Of a stretch of DNA of 64,000 nucleotides, positions 12,801-46,371 are shown in pieces. Origin of the DNA: Tubiluchus corallicola (lineage: Eukaryota > Animalia > Priapulida). Under the pieces are notes generated by a model. The model worked only from the letters and a program-made list of their open reading frames with translations. It was not told the origin of the DNA and ran no database searches. Each line of letters starts with the position of its first letter. The first letter of the stretch is position 1. The position numbers and the translations under genes are program-made. Where the stretch lies: contig JAQGDQ010000017.1 of assembly GCA_030141605.1 (NCBI GenBank), forward strand, positions 310,001 to 374,000, read 5' to 3'.

Positions 12801-15800
12801 GTATTTTTTAGGGAAAAATGCATACCTATATGGCCTTAATTGAGCTTAAAACTTTTTTTTTCAAATGACCTAGCACATACTTGTGTTAATCAGACTATAC
12901 TTGTTCTCCAGTTTGCACACAATTCTAAATAGCTGAAAGTTTAAGTCAGATCAAAGCGTATTTTTTTAATTTAAAACGGGAGATTATAAGATCGCCATTC
13001 TTCTGAGGGAAGACATGTTTGTTTGCAGCGTTCACGAATGCTTTCAGTCTTTCACTATTCAGCTGCTGCTGTTTAGTGGTGCACGTGTCGTGCTGGCAGT
13101 TGGATCTACATCAACACTATTTTGTAACAGAAAGAACAGCCGTAAGGTGCACTTATGCTTTGACTGAACTCTGAATACTAACATAATGTTTAATGTACAG
13201 TTTTAATTTGATGCTAAGTGGTATTAATATTAACTGCAACCTTATAATACTACTCAGCCATATAGTTTTACTGACATTTCATCAAATTGACAAGGTTATA
13301 TTTTTTTGTCCCGCACCAAACTATTACTTTTTGGGCCAGGTTTTCCCCATTGCACTACAATTCCGCCTACATCGTTATTTGGAGTACTGTGCAGACATAC
13401 TGCCATATTACATAATCTCAGCACAATGATAGCTATATTTATGCTGTCACTTCTGTGGATTTTCCAAAAACAAAATTGAACACGATACAGTAATAAAATC
13501 GATTTGCATTGGCAGGTAAAAAGAAAACTGCTGATCAGAAATAGAATCCCAAATCAATTATAATTGACTAATAGGTCCCACACTAGCACCCATAATTTTG
13601 TCAGTATAACTTTACATTTGTGTCTTATTACATATATTGTTACAATCCAGGCGATGCATAAATACCTGAATAAAGTAGTGTAAGAGTTTAGATGCATACA
13701 CAGCAGCCTCCGATCCTGCATGACCATCAAAGATGCCAAAATATACAGCTTTTCTGCTAATGGGATCCTAAAATAGCAAAAAAATGTCTCAAAAACGGAC
13801 TGTTTAGACCTCTGTTTACCTAAACCGGAAATTTTAATCTCAGCTATCCAGAAAATTTATGTAATACTCTCTAAATAGCAACAGCAAGCAATTTTCAATA
13901 ACATAAATGAAATAAAATAGAACATTACTTCAGTTATTCATACACTTTGTTTATATTTTTACAAGTTTGTTACATATTTACATGTACATACTTTGTACAT
14001 ACATTAATGCTCAAGCAAATATTGACATTAGTTGTAATATGCAATACTTTAGTTAGCTTGGTTATAACGACTAGCTTGAGCTCACTCAATCTTTTAAAGG
14101 AATCAACTTTTTTCTTTTCATTGAGCAGCAATTAAACCCCATTACTGTGTGTCAAAAAAAGAATGCAATCCACCACTCGAGAGAACTTCAGCGATTAATT
14201 CAGCTGTTGGCAAATCTTGCATCAAAAATCTCTTATAGTGAGTAATGAGGGGGTTCCATCTTATTGAAAAACTAGGTTGTTAAATGATCGCTGCATATAA
14301 GCACCAACATCAATACGTTTAATCACTTTTTGAAACATCCAGAGTATATTGAAAATAAGTTAATTACTTACCACATGCTTAAAACTAGTATATCGAGGTT
14401 GTCCAGTCTCATAATTGGGAGGATAGGGATGAACACCGTGTCCGTGTCCTAGTACTAGAGGATCTTCCTCAGGATCCACCAAAGAAAAAACCTCGCAGCT
14501 TGCTTGGTCCTCGTTCTGTATTGATTTACCTGTATTTATAACCCTATAACAAATAAGTTCACATGATTCAGAATTCAACGTGTGAAGATGACGTAGTACT
14601 AGTAATACATTACACATAAGCATTGTAAGCAAAATGTAAAGGTCAACAAACTTGCCGTTGATTTCATTTTTAGACAAGGATTTTAATTTTTGTGGTACTT
14701 AGGTTCATGGCTGAGTGGACACGCGGACATGTTTTGTGTTACTGGCTCCTGATCACCTGCTTTCAATGTTCACTCATTCACTGCACTGACTCTAGGGCTG
14801 AACTGCCTCATAGAGTAAGACTGCTACTTAAAACTGGACGTGGCAAAGACAGTTAGCTACTGTTTAGTGGCTCATCTTAAATGATTATTCTTGATACTGA
14901 GCCAGGCTCCAGTCACCTGATTGCCAAGGCCACAAACATCTGGTTGAACCGGCCCAGCCGTTGAATGTTGGATTCTGTTTTACAGCTGGATACCAAATTG
15001 AATGAAAAAAATCTGCAAAATGCTCACTGCAAATACCAAAAGAAACAAACTTGGCTTAAATACAAATGAAATTCTATGAATCACAAAAATTACAGCAGCT
15101 GTTCATGCTCACTGCAAGTACCAAAAGAAACAAACTTGGCTTAAATGCAAATGAAATTCTATGAATCACAAAAATTACAGCAGCTGTTCATGCTCACTGC
15201 AAATACCAAAAGAAACAAACTTGGCTTAAATGCAAATGAAATTCTATGAATCATAAAAATTACAGCAGCTGTTCATGTTCTTGAAATGCTTTAAGGTCTC
15301 AAGAAAATATACTTGCGGCAAGCTAAATAAAATTTGTGCATTGGTGTGAAGTGAACCCGCAACAAGTGTGTACTTTTTGTGCGCCTCTGGGAAATACGCT
15401 AGTAAGTAACATTACGCATATCTTCTAATTCAACCTCTAAAAACGTAAAATGAGCAAAACTAAATCACTGTTCCCAAAGCCCGTGTTTATTACTGTCTTC
15501 TTTCTTGCGCATACTAATATGGTAAGCCTAACAAATAATAGATATCAGAGGGACGCCTGTGGTATTCCATATGTTTTTAGTGAGCATTAATGCTATGAGC
15601 ACTAGAAACAGTAGGCTTATTAAAACAGAACATCAGCAGTTGCTTTTTCATACATCTTTAATGCTCATTTCTCTCATCAAATTGACACTCTCTTCAACTA
15701 AGAACTCATGGCTGATTCTGATTTGTGAATGAGGGTCCTAGGGAGTCATTTAACCTCACAATTCATGTCAAACTGAGGATTGATAGTCCAAGTAAGCCTA

Positions 15801-16478
15801 GTAATAACTGAAAAACTTAGCAGTTTCTATGTTTTGAATCAAGACCTGAATTCTGTTGCGGAACCTAAGACACTTACGTTCTGTCCTAAATCTACTCGAT
15901 GGTGACCTAGGTTTTGATCTTAACTCACCTTTGCAGCGACCCTCATTATTTTGGCTATTTTTGACACTTCTATGTCACAGAGATGTATAAAAATTAATAT
16001 TAAAGTAATCATGAATGCAGCGCGATAGAGTGACGTTTTGAAATTAATTTACGAGTGGTGGTAGGCAATGGTAATTACAGTAGAACACTACAGACGTCAC
16101 AATCTATCTGAGATATTAATTTATCTAAAATCATATCTCAAATAAATTAATCATCATAATAATTTTGTTACATTGGTTTGTTTATTATTGTTTTGTGCAT
16201 TGTTTTTTTCAGTAAAAAGGTGATAAATAAAGACACTTATACAATACTCACTCTGCATAACCAGCTTTCCAAGGCAATCGACAAACATCACGAGGGACTA
16301 TAATAGGGCGAGCTTGATGATCAGACGACACCTGAAACTCGTCTGCCGACAATCCTAGGAAATCTGGACGACTGTATTCGAACTTTGGAAGTGGGCCCTC
16401 ATCGTGTTCTGGTTCAGGTTGCTGTGTTGACAAAGATCCAACGACACTGCCCAATGCCTTGCTGATATTACTAAGCAT
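5806..16478 (-). CDS. PPM1H: PP2C-family Ser/Thr phosphatase, PPM1H/J/M subfamily; 9 coding exons, ~584 aa
   Basis: Exons 16478-16252, 14543-14372, 13767-13666, 12554-12390, 11168-10971, 9712-9530, 8785-8678, 6906-6755, 6253-5806. All introns are GT-AG and phase-compatible. Motifs: RPDFL..LPWKAGYAEVINTGKSIQNEDQA, FGIFDGHAG, LVIGALECAF, LYVANAGDCRA, HLLGNEFTHLDF (PPM1H flap insert), MATIGLTRGFGDHDL, LILASDGLWDV, SIDDISVFVIPL. Confidence 0.95.
6915..7500 (-). mobile_element. Degenerate 3' end of an L2/CR1-group LINE with AATAAA and a (TAC/TGC)n tail
   Basis: The minus strand reads QAIQLWNSLPTSLKQSSSL, typical of the ORF2 C-terminal LWNSLP motif, then AATAAAGATTA followed directly by the trinucleotide tail at ~7005-6920. 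The 5' boundary is approximate. Confidence 0.6.
7931..8542. mobile_element. hAT-like MITE
   Basis: TIRs CAGTGGCGTATCTAGG...CCTAGCTACGCCCTG with GGTGCC/GGCGCC subterminal motifs; TSD not preserved. Confidence 0.7.
9780..9941. repeat. (AAT)n microsatellite, possibly the tail of a decayed LINE at ~9950-10900 (-)
   Basis: The array is seen directly. The adjacent minus strand has only faint RT C-terminal-like remnants. Confidence 0.9.
15021..15277. repeat. 85-bp minisatellite, 3 nearly identical copies, PPM1H intron 1
   Basis: The unit TGCTCACTGCAAATACCAAAAGAAACAAACTTGGC...CAGCAGCTGTTCA starts at 15021, 15106 and 15191. Confidence 0.95.
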
Positions 16479-16554
16479 TGTGCTTTCAATTAATAAATAT
16501 TATAACCGCAGACGATTGAAAAACAGGTATGTAAACAAAATCATTTCATTACCA

Positions 16555-16640
16555 CTGACTACGACAGCCATGATGCCGATAATAAACACTTCCGCCACGT
16601 GTTATATGCGACAAATTCGCCCTATTGTGCTGCCACCTGG
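16555..16640 (-). promoter_or_regulatory. Probable PPM1H core promoter
   Basis: An ETS-like site (CACTTCCG) next to an E-box (CACGTG) at ~16586-16601 in a locally CpG-rich patch, ~110 bp upstream of the ATG. Confidence 0.4.
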
Positions 16641-18252
16641 CTCATTGACGAAATTCGGGATGATTTGGTTAACAAATGTTCACAGTAATTAAACACAAAG
16701 TTTAAAGCGTAAAAATCCGCAAAAAACAACTTAAAAGAACTGAATGTAAAATCACAGCATTGACGTCTAAGTATTCTGTGATTAAGACCACCATATTTCG
16801 CAAACAATTATTTGATGTGACTTCAAATACATGTTTAATAATTAGTTATGCACATCAAATTAAAGAAACAGACAAAGTGGCAAAATAAAACAATGAGAGA
16901 AGAGTATTTTTATACAATTTATTACATCAGGCAAATGCCAGTAGAGGTCATAATTTACAATGCGCATCTGATTTTGCTTCAGTTCACCTTCAGTTTATTG
17001 TCACAAAAACACAATCACAGTTTAACAAAATTAATACTGAGCATCTATAGAAAGCAATGAATAATTAACACTTTAGCACTAACCAAAATGCTGAAATGTA
17101 ACAGCCTAGACTCAGCCAGGTAACAATACCACTACCAAACCAATAAAATACAGAATTATGTAACAATAGTGTACTCAGTGAAAGCAGAAAAAAACAGAAT
17201 TAAAGAAACTGAAAATTTAATGATGGTCAGTACAGTGCAACACCGATTTGTTCAAAAAACAGTGCAATTATCCCCACCTACATAAGATATACACAAGGTG
17301 CTAGAGTTAATTTCAATGTTACATGATGTGACATTACACCAAGTTTTCTTAAATATTCCATATTATTATACAGTAATGCATATTAATTATAAATAATATC
17401 AATACGTGAGTAAAAGAGGGGAAAAAAATCTATTATGAGCATAAAGAATTCTTTGAGAAATGAATTTAAACTATACAGCATGCAAAGTATTATCCCCAAA
17501 TGCTATTAAAATTTGCAATGATGATCACAAAGAACACATAAGGTTTACAGGTGGAAGAAATAAAGGTTGTCATGCTTTATGAAATATGTGCAAACCACAC
17601 CTCTGGTCTTATATTGGTTTTTTTAGCAAGTTTTTGTGGCATGTTAGTTCTATTGATAAATTAATTTCCTTTGTCAAAGCCACAAATCATTATAGAGAAA
17701 GTATAGGCCAATATCAATCTGTATTCTCTCTGTCAAAATGAGTGCAAACACTAAAAAGCGATTTTCAAAATACACTCGTATGTCGGTCTAGTACAGGTCG
17801 CTCCTGACATACAAGCTACACACGTGTTGTTACACGCTGTTTGGTTACACTGATGTAATGATGTAAACAAAGTGACAGCCCACCAACTAGCGGTCGACTC
17901 ACGAAACAACTGTGTCCGTAGAATGCGGGACTTGTAACGGTCCAGATTTTGTCCGATTTTTCCAATTTCCATAAAAGCGAGATCCGGGAAACCAAGATAA
18001 AAGTTCACTATTACAGAGTCACTATTATGAAAAAAGCCTCAGTACATCCCAAGGATACTAATTGCTTTCTGAAATCACTAGACATACACACCATTAAGCA
18101 ATGGAATTAAATATTACGACTACAGTACATGTTTACAATAAAGCTAGTAAGTGACATTCTTAATATCACAGCTAGTGCTTGCCTATGCAATCTTATCAAA
18201 AGGTCCACTGTTCCCTGGCCACAGGAGTCTGGCATACTTTGCATCATTTCAT

Positions 18253-38730
<20,478 letters not shown>

Positions 38731-39181
38731 CAGTTAAGTACGTACAGCAGCACTAAAATAAGAAATAACTAGGTATAACTTAATTTAATTTTATTAAAAA
38801 CCATGACACAAATATTTTGTTCCACCGGTTTTGACATTGACTGATAATAATCAAACAGTGCATGCGCGGTAAATGTAATAGTGCATTCGTCATACCGGAA
38901 ATTTTTATTATTCGAGAAAACTAAATACACAAAAACAAAAAGAGACACAACCTAATAGCAACAATGCGATTACAAATAGTTACAGTTTTTATATTCATTT
39001 TCATTCAAAAAGTTGTTTTGCTGTTTTAGAAATCAAAAGTTATTACAGTGCGTAAACGTATGTTGCAGAATATTCTGCAAGGAAAAAAGATTTCTCTTCT
39101 TTGTTCAGGCGTTACCTTGTAAAGCTTGTGTGTATTTGTCGATTAAAGTCTTGGAATTTAATGAACAAGCTTTGTTGATGT
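38731..39181. promoter_or_regulatory. Bidirectional promoter region between Drp1 (-) and ETAA1-like (+)
   Basis: The start codons are ~450 bp apart, head-to-head. NRF1-like TGCATGCGC at ~38859 and ETS-like CCGGAA at ~38895. Confidence 0.6.
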
Positions 39182-42100
39182 ATGTTGATTATGGACGACA
39201 CACCAATTTCCCGATCCTTGGGTATTAATGAACTTGACCTGTCCTTGTCGCAGCATGACGTAGAGATTCTTTGGAATAACGATTCGCCTTCACCAACAGT
39301 GCGCCAAGCAAAAAGGCTGAAAGCTAATCTCAAACGCGAACAGGTATTGAAAATGATGTACACAGTAATTAGCTAATAAAGTTAATTAAAAACGTTGAAT
39401 TAAAAGAGATAAAAAGTCTGCATGAAAATATAACTAAAATGTTTACATCAAAAGTAATTATAAATTACCGTAGATCGACAGGGCGAAACCTATAAGTAGG
39501 TTTTTTGCCCATAGTTGTCTCTCTTGCTAAAAATCTGTTAATTATTTTGTCACAAGTTTTCTTTCTCGCGTTTTATATTTATGTTGTCTCTCAAGTGGAA
39601 GTGCTGCAAAGTTTTATGTTCTGTTAAAATTGGACAGAGCTATGCAATGTTTTTGAATGCTTGTAGTATTTAAACAGAGTGAGGACTCAAGATATAGATC
39701 CTTATAAAGTATTTAAATTAACTTTGTTTTATTTACAGTGATTAATATTTTTCAGCCTGTTTACGGTCTTAGTTAAATCTCTGACATGTTGCAGCAATTA
39801 TGTATGGTTGCCTTGACACTACAGCAGTAATATTACATAATGTTACATTATTTTGGCTAATTATATTTCTTTTCCAGTATCGCAAAATGTATAAAACATT
39901 CGTAGGTTATATGTAATTAAGATTAATACAAGTACTAGTGACTTTCTAAGTTTCAGTTTGCCTAACTCTACTAAATTACAAATTCGATGGGCAGTACAGG
40001 AATAGATGATCGCTGACATGATTTTCGAGTCTGCTTTTGAAAGTATTCACAGCTTCTTACATGGCTTTTTAAAGAGCTCCTTGTATCCACAACTCTCTGA
40101 ATTCTGTTAGAAAAGTATTTTTCACAACTGAACGAGCTTACTGCATATAAATTTTAAGAGAATGTATTCTTGTCATGGATGGCTTCCTCTCATAAAGTAA
40201 ACTTGCCAACTTTATAAAAGTCATGAATAGGAAGCAGCAAAGTTCTAATGATGGCAGAAAAAGCTGTTGTGGGCATTCAGGGTAAGAAAGATCCTTAAAA
40301 CCTGGTATCAATTATGCTAATGTTTGATGTTTGCTCTGCATTGCACAGCTTCAGTTTGCTTTTTCAAGCCTATATGGTGCAGGGATCAGCTGCTGTGGCC
40401 ATACTCTGCCATAGGGAGATTGAGTCCAAAGAACAATTTAAGCATGATGTCTTTGTCAAGGTAAACATAACAGTGACACACAACTGTCAATACCCCATTA
40501 GTTTGACCTGTACGTTGTTTAAAAGGAAGGTTGTTATCAATTAATAATCCAAATTCATTTGCAGAATGAACTTTGTGCATGCCACGGTCCTCTATGTTAG
40601 GATTTTTACTAATCATATTCGTGATAAGTTCCATCTGATTTATTCTGCTGCAGCTGTAATACTGAACATTTAGCAGAATGAAATTCAATATGCAAATCAT
40701 TGGCCCGATGGGGAACACTATCTAAATCATTTTGTAAGCTGGCTGTTGCTCTGGAATGTCGCTTGTGAAATAAGTTTTAATATTATCAGCAAACAGTGTT
40801 GTAAGACAAGACACACAACACGCGATAGAGTATTTATGAAAATTAAGAACAATACTGGGCCAACAACACAGCCTTGTGGGATACTGGACAATACACTAGC
40901 CCCTTTGATTTTACACCATTGACTACAATCGATTGCCTGTGTCCTGATGGCTGCTCTGATCCAAAAAAAGAAGTGATTCATCCATGAATACATCCACTTA
41001 TTCTTACTGCATTAAGTCTTTGGAAGAGTCGCTGATATTGCACTTTGTCGAATCCCTTAATGAAGTCTGTGTAAATTGCGACTGCTGAGCCACCATCATT
41101 GAGTACAGATGTACTCATCTCTAGAACCTTCAAAAGGTGTGTTGCATAAGAATGACCTGTAAGAAAGCCATGCTGATCATGAGATATTAAGTTGTGTTCA
41201 TTTAGATGTACGGATACTAGTCTGGTTCAACGTAAAATGCATAAAATACCCCTTTCATAAGAGTGCACATGCTGAAACAACAAATATACATCAATATTTA
41301 TTTCTGATTTCTGCATCTATAACATATTTACGGTCTTTTAGTTTCACTCACAAACGAACTAATTGAAATTTATTATTTTTCTGGTTTCTCAGTAAGTATC
41401 CATAAACTGGTGTTTCCGTAATGAATTACATATGTTATTTTTGTTTATTTTTTAGCCGAGTTTATCACAAATAGCACGAAAATTTGATGCTGTGGAAGGA
41501 AAATCGTGTGTTCCACCGTTACTGGCAGCATGGTTGGAGTCTGAGCCATCAGTTGCTGTATCTGCAAAGACCTTCGAACAGGTTAGTAAAGCAGTCATGG
41601 CATAACCTAGAACTATTTTCCGTTTAAATAGCAATATTTTCTCTCTAACTGCAAAAAAAATCACAAAGACGTATTGACATATATGTTCATTGCGTCTTCT
41701 ATTCATTACCTATAATTCCAGCTGTTTATTTTATTGTTAAATGAAACTGAAGGAAAGAAATGCTAGACATGACCATTGTAAGGTGTAACAGACTGTGCAC
41801 ACACTCACAAGCACTTATGCCATTTAAAAGTGTAGCACATGAAATTTATGCAAATGGTAAGACATAAGAGTATGCAGAATTATAATATCCATAATTGTGG
41901 AAATTTTGAAGGTTTTCTTTCATCAGTTATAGTTAGATGTTTGAAGTAAACAAATGATTATGCCAAATAACAAGAGTGTTGCTCTAGGTAGGTTGCTGTA
42001 ATTACAATTTGCAAAGAAATGACGGTACTTCTCTGATCAGAAGTGTTATTAATTTCATGTTTTCCTACATATATGTTTTTACTTATGTAACTTCTCAATT

Positions 42101-45100
42101 TGCTTTAGAAAATTAGAAATATGGGCCTTATATAAAATCTCTTTCTTTATGTATATGAATATAAATTTATACATGCCTAACGCGCAGACCAATATATTAT
42201 ATAAAGGTAGAGAGATATAAAGCATGAGTTAAAAACATTAAGCAAGAATTTTAATGTATTGTGAAGAAAACAAACGTAAAGTCATTTGGAAATTATTTAA
42301 TGGAAGCTCAAAAAAAGTTATGTAAAAGTGAAGCCATTTGAATATATTTATTTAATACAGACAACAGAGATATATTATTATTATTATTATTTAATCATTA
42401 CATTTGGGGTATTTTCATCAAGAGAATCTGAGAAAAGAAAGTACAATTACTTGTAAAATTACAACTACAATTACAAAGTAAAATTACTTGTAGTAACCAT
42501 AAAAAGGTAGTAAAAATATATTTTTATTATGAAATTTGAAAATGAACTAAATACGGGACATTTTGTTGTCCGTGAAAGGCCAGTACAGGTCAGGAACCAA
42601 AATTATCAAATATGAAACGTGTCCTGCATATAAGGGACGTCTGGCAACCCTAGTGTTGAGTAACTTGAGTAATGATCATTAATGATTACCATAGGCATTC
42701 CATGTGGTTAAACTTGGAGCTTTGCTTTAATCTATAAAAGCTTTTCAGGAGGCTCATTCAATTCTCTTTCTTTAGCAACATTACCTAATATCTGCTTCAT
42801 CTGTTACTAAATAGACTTTATTGGTCTTTATAGGAAAGAAAAGGTTGTAACAGAAAGAAAAGAAATACTCGCCATGTAGCTAAGGACTCCCGCTCACTCA
42901 TAGCTGAACTGCAGAACATAGTACACACCCTACAGCAACCCACAAGATATGCTTCTAGTATCACAGGGAAAAATGGTAGCTATGATTGTTTGTTTTCTCT
43001 TGCTAACAATTCTGGTATGATATCACTGATAGGCTAGCTCTGAGTCATACTTGGTATGAAAGCTATATGTATCGCAAGTATGCAGGCAGCCTGTGAGAGT
43101 TTTTGTCCAATATTAGACTTATTGACACTGTTTTCTAAATAACATTTTTATTTGCATTTCAATTAAAACAACTTGCTACAGTACAGTACAATACAACACC
43201 ACACCTTTTCTAAGCTACATTAGTCAATATTTCGACCAATAATGCTCCTAGATTACAGTTCTACCCTGTCAGCTACACCAAGTATACGTAACCAAGTTAG
43301 AACTGTGCATGTTAGCCAGTCAGATGCATAGAATTGAATTTTGGATACTTCCTAATAGTGGACAATATATTGACCACTCATTATTTGTTGTAATTTATAC
43401 CAAAAACTTCGTTTCGATGTTCTAAAACTTCATCCCAAGTTGTTCTATTGTTTTGTGAGACAGTACTAATTTTTTTGTTTGCTATAGTCTCTATGGAAAC
43501 TTTATTAAATCAAGGATGTACTTTGCAGATGCTGTTTCAAATGCCCAGCAACCTGATATGTCGGGATCTGATGGAATTTTCTCGTCGGATGAGGATATCA
43601 AGCAAATAGATAAAAACCAGGTAATTGGGAGTGTTATGAATTTTATGATGTATCTGTGTTTTATGAGAGTAACCTGAGTTTCGTTATATACAAGCACATT
43701 AGCACAGGTCTGATAAATGTTGCAGTAAAGTGAAATACTGTATCTAAAGCTGCTAAGTTGAGTTTGTTTAAAACATTATAGTGCTTCAACTTGGTTCACA
43801 CACCTTATGTGATGTAATTTAGTAATAATAAAAAACCTTTTTATTATTCTATTATAAAAATGGCATATTTGACAGAGAACTCTGTTTGATAATGTTTCAT
43901 GAACACCGTTGAATGCCACCAAATAAAATTATTTATTTGTATTTAGTACAAGAGTATGCTTTTGTTCAATGATTACTTTATAGAATATTTTAAATATACT
44001 TTGTTGTTCTGTTACTGCATTTGTTTAATGCATTTAACTTTGCATTATTGAAAATCTTTTCTTCGGGTTTCAGTGTTAGATACTATGGAATCAGCCTGTA
44101 GTATGTTAAAACGAGACGTCTTTGTGCTTAAAACGAAACATTTAATAAAACCTGAGGCGCAACTACATGCATGTATATTAGAATGGTAAAAATGGACTTT
44201 TAAAAGTTTGGAACTGACCTGGCACCTGACTCTTGCGCTGACAAAGAGAGAATATAGGAAACAGCAAAAATTTAAATCAAGTCAGTCTTTTATTAAATAT
44301 TTGTCATCACTAAAAACTAATATTGAATTAACAGGTGAATGTTGAGAGGAAAGATGATATGGCGGACAATAGTGCTTGGGGTACCGACGATCCATTTGAC
44401 GATGACTCGTTTGTACGGGAGACGATCGCCTTAACGCAGAGAGTTGAACAAGATACTCAGGTTTTTTCTCCACCAGCTCTTCCTCGTATTCACGAAATTT
44501 GCAATACTAGCACACCGGTTAGTTCCCGGATTCATGGTGGGAAGTGGTTGCTTTCAAGAAAACGGGACAAGGAGTTAATGGCATCTCCAGTGTTGTGTAA
44601 ACAGATAAATTCTGGAACAGCAAAAATTGTTAAGAAATCTGGTGGTAGCAGCCTCAATGGCATTTCAGAACCGACTTCATTAGGGTTGTCCAATGCCAAC
44701 GATTTGGCAGTGCCAAAAACCTTTGCACCACAATGTGCCAGAAGCACATCTACATCTCAAGCATTTGCCAAACCACAAAGATGCACTAAACCTGAATGTG
44801 AGAATAGCAATGCAAGAGCACTAGTTGACATTTTAATAGCTCCCCCAGACATAACAACACATGATACGTCAACTGATGCTTGTGATGACAATAACAGCAT
44901 TACCGATGATCTCCTTCTGGCTCTAGCTGAACCTGATAACAGTCTGGATAATTTGGTGCCTTGCCAACCTCCTAGTGGTATACCCCACAAAGAGTCTTCC
45001 ACTAAATTGACCAAATGTGGCAGTAACAGTAGTATAACAACCAATATTATTAAACCAGAAAACAAGGGCATCAGCTCTGCAATCAATAATCGAAATCGTC

Positions 45101-46149
45101 CATTTTCTCACTCAACTGCTGCTTCAGTATCTAGCGCCTCTAGCAACACTGTAGCAGTGAGTAAATATGCAAGGTCAAACCCGCCGTATTCCACAAGCTC
45201 CGCCTCCAGCAATATTTCTCCAGCAGATTCTAAACTGGCATGTGGCAACACTGGGGTTACACAGCATGGTCCCCTCTTACGGTGTCAACGTAAAAGCGGA
45301 TTCACTGACTTAGTAACCAAGAGTAGCAGCATTGATGACGAGACAACAAAGAGGAATGGTTCACAGTCTATAAACCACGACCCTACAACTTCCCAAGATC
45401 AGCCACTACATAGGGCAGTGAACAGCAGTAGTGTAACAACCAGAAACAATGTTGCAGATTGTGTGACAAACAAAAATAAAGTGGATGTGTTGAAGCCAAC
45501 CAAAAATAGTTTCCAAAATTGCTCTACTGTTCATGCGTCGGGATTGGCACAAAGTGCATTTCCTTCCTCGGAGAGTTTTTATTCTATCGCTAGTGGCAGT
45601 TTGACAAGCTCACGATCACGACTTTCTAACAACACCTCAGCGAATCCAACAAAAAGACTGTCAGTGAAGAAGAGTAGCAAAAATAATAATCCTGTAGCAT
45701 TATCGAAGTTGTCTGCTTCTTCTGCTCGAACAGCCATTTTAAATAATGTGAGTAAAAGTGCAAGTGTTCCTATGAGGACAGACTTTTCAAAGAAAAAAGA
45801 ACTTTCTTTACCAGAGACAACAGTTTCTAGTATGCCAAATATAAAAGCACATTCTAGCGCAGAACAACCGTCTGACATAAACGGACAGCATGTGAAAGGT
45901 GAAGGCACGTTTGGTGATGATAAAGATGATAGCTTATTGCAGTCGGAGGAATTTCTGACCATGCTAAATTTTGTGGAAACGACCGCTAGTCAGAAGTCCA
46001 AGTATACAGCCAAAGAGATCGAAGAAAAACGGCAGCAAGCAATCGCACGGCGCTCTCAACGGGTTGGTCATTCTTTGTCACAAGAGGCTACTCCATCTTG
46101 CAAGACTAGGCAGTTACTGTCAAAAGCATTGTCTTCATCCAATCTGTAG
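39182..46149 (+). CDS. ETAA1: ETAA1-like RPA-binding ATR activator; probably 5 coding exons, ~790 aa
   Basis: Exons 39182-39343, 41456-41581, 42834-43014, 43529-43620, 44335-46149; the exon 3/4 junction is uncertain. Exon 1 encodes QHDVEILWNNDSPSP, resembling the ATR-activation-domain motif DIFWDQNSP. Exon 2 encodes LSQIARKF..LLAAWLE. Acidic DDLL motifs lie in a disordered Ser/Thr-rich body. C-terminal YTAKEIEEKRQQAIARR resembles the RPA32C-binding motif EEIQRKRQEALVRR. Confidence 0.8.
39990..41230 (-). mobile_element. Degraded CR1/L2-group LINE reverse transcriptase in ETAA1 intron 1
   Basis: Broken minus-strand frames give HGFLTGHS, IYTDFIKGFDKV and IPQGCVVGPVLFLIFIN, matching non-LTR RT motifs (DFxKAFD, PQGSVLGPxLFxIxIND). 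Confidence 0.85.
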
Positions 46150-46273
46150 ACACTTTTCTGAGCTCTAAAACACTGAGTGTAACTATGTATTCTGAACTGG
46201 ATTGCTAGATGCTAAATAAGCTATAGATTTTCTTATATACTAGCTTGCCTGTCATATACTCGTACCCTAAAAC

Positions 46274-46371
46274 TTCAACTATTTACAGTGTTCTAGAAGA
46301 AACTACAATATAGATGTTTTGATTCAACTATTTACAGTGTTCTAGAAGAAACTACAATATAGATGTTTTGA
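46274..46371. repeat. 49-bp perfect tandem duplication in the ETAA1 3' UTR
   Basis: TTCAACTATTTACAGTGTTCTAGAAGAAACTACAATATAGATGTTTTGA at 46274 and 46323. Confidence 0.95.

Noticed and set aside
15021-15277. Possible CRISPR-like array
   Set aside because: Head-to-tail 85-bp units with no unique spacers, in a eukaryotic intron.
16480-16930. Operon / trans-splicing between tandem Drp1 and PPM1H (short gap)
   Set aside because: Promoter-like ETS/E-box motifs and poly(A) signals are present, and there is no convincing unpaired acceptor before the ATG.
42944-42960. U12-type (AT-AC) donor ATATGCTT in ETAA1 exon 3
   Set aside because: Deviates from RTATCCTT, no U12 branch site or in-phase AC acceptor was found, and an ordinary GT-AG path (43014>43529) keeps the frame.
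44532-45962. Antisense ORFs opposite the large ETAA1 exon (similar ones lie opposite ZF and DXO)
   Set aside because: Shadow ORFs of real coding exons, with no motifs or splice support.
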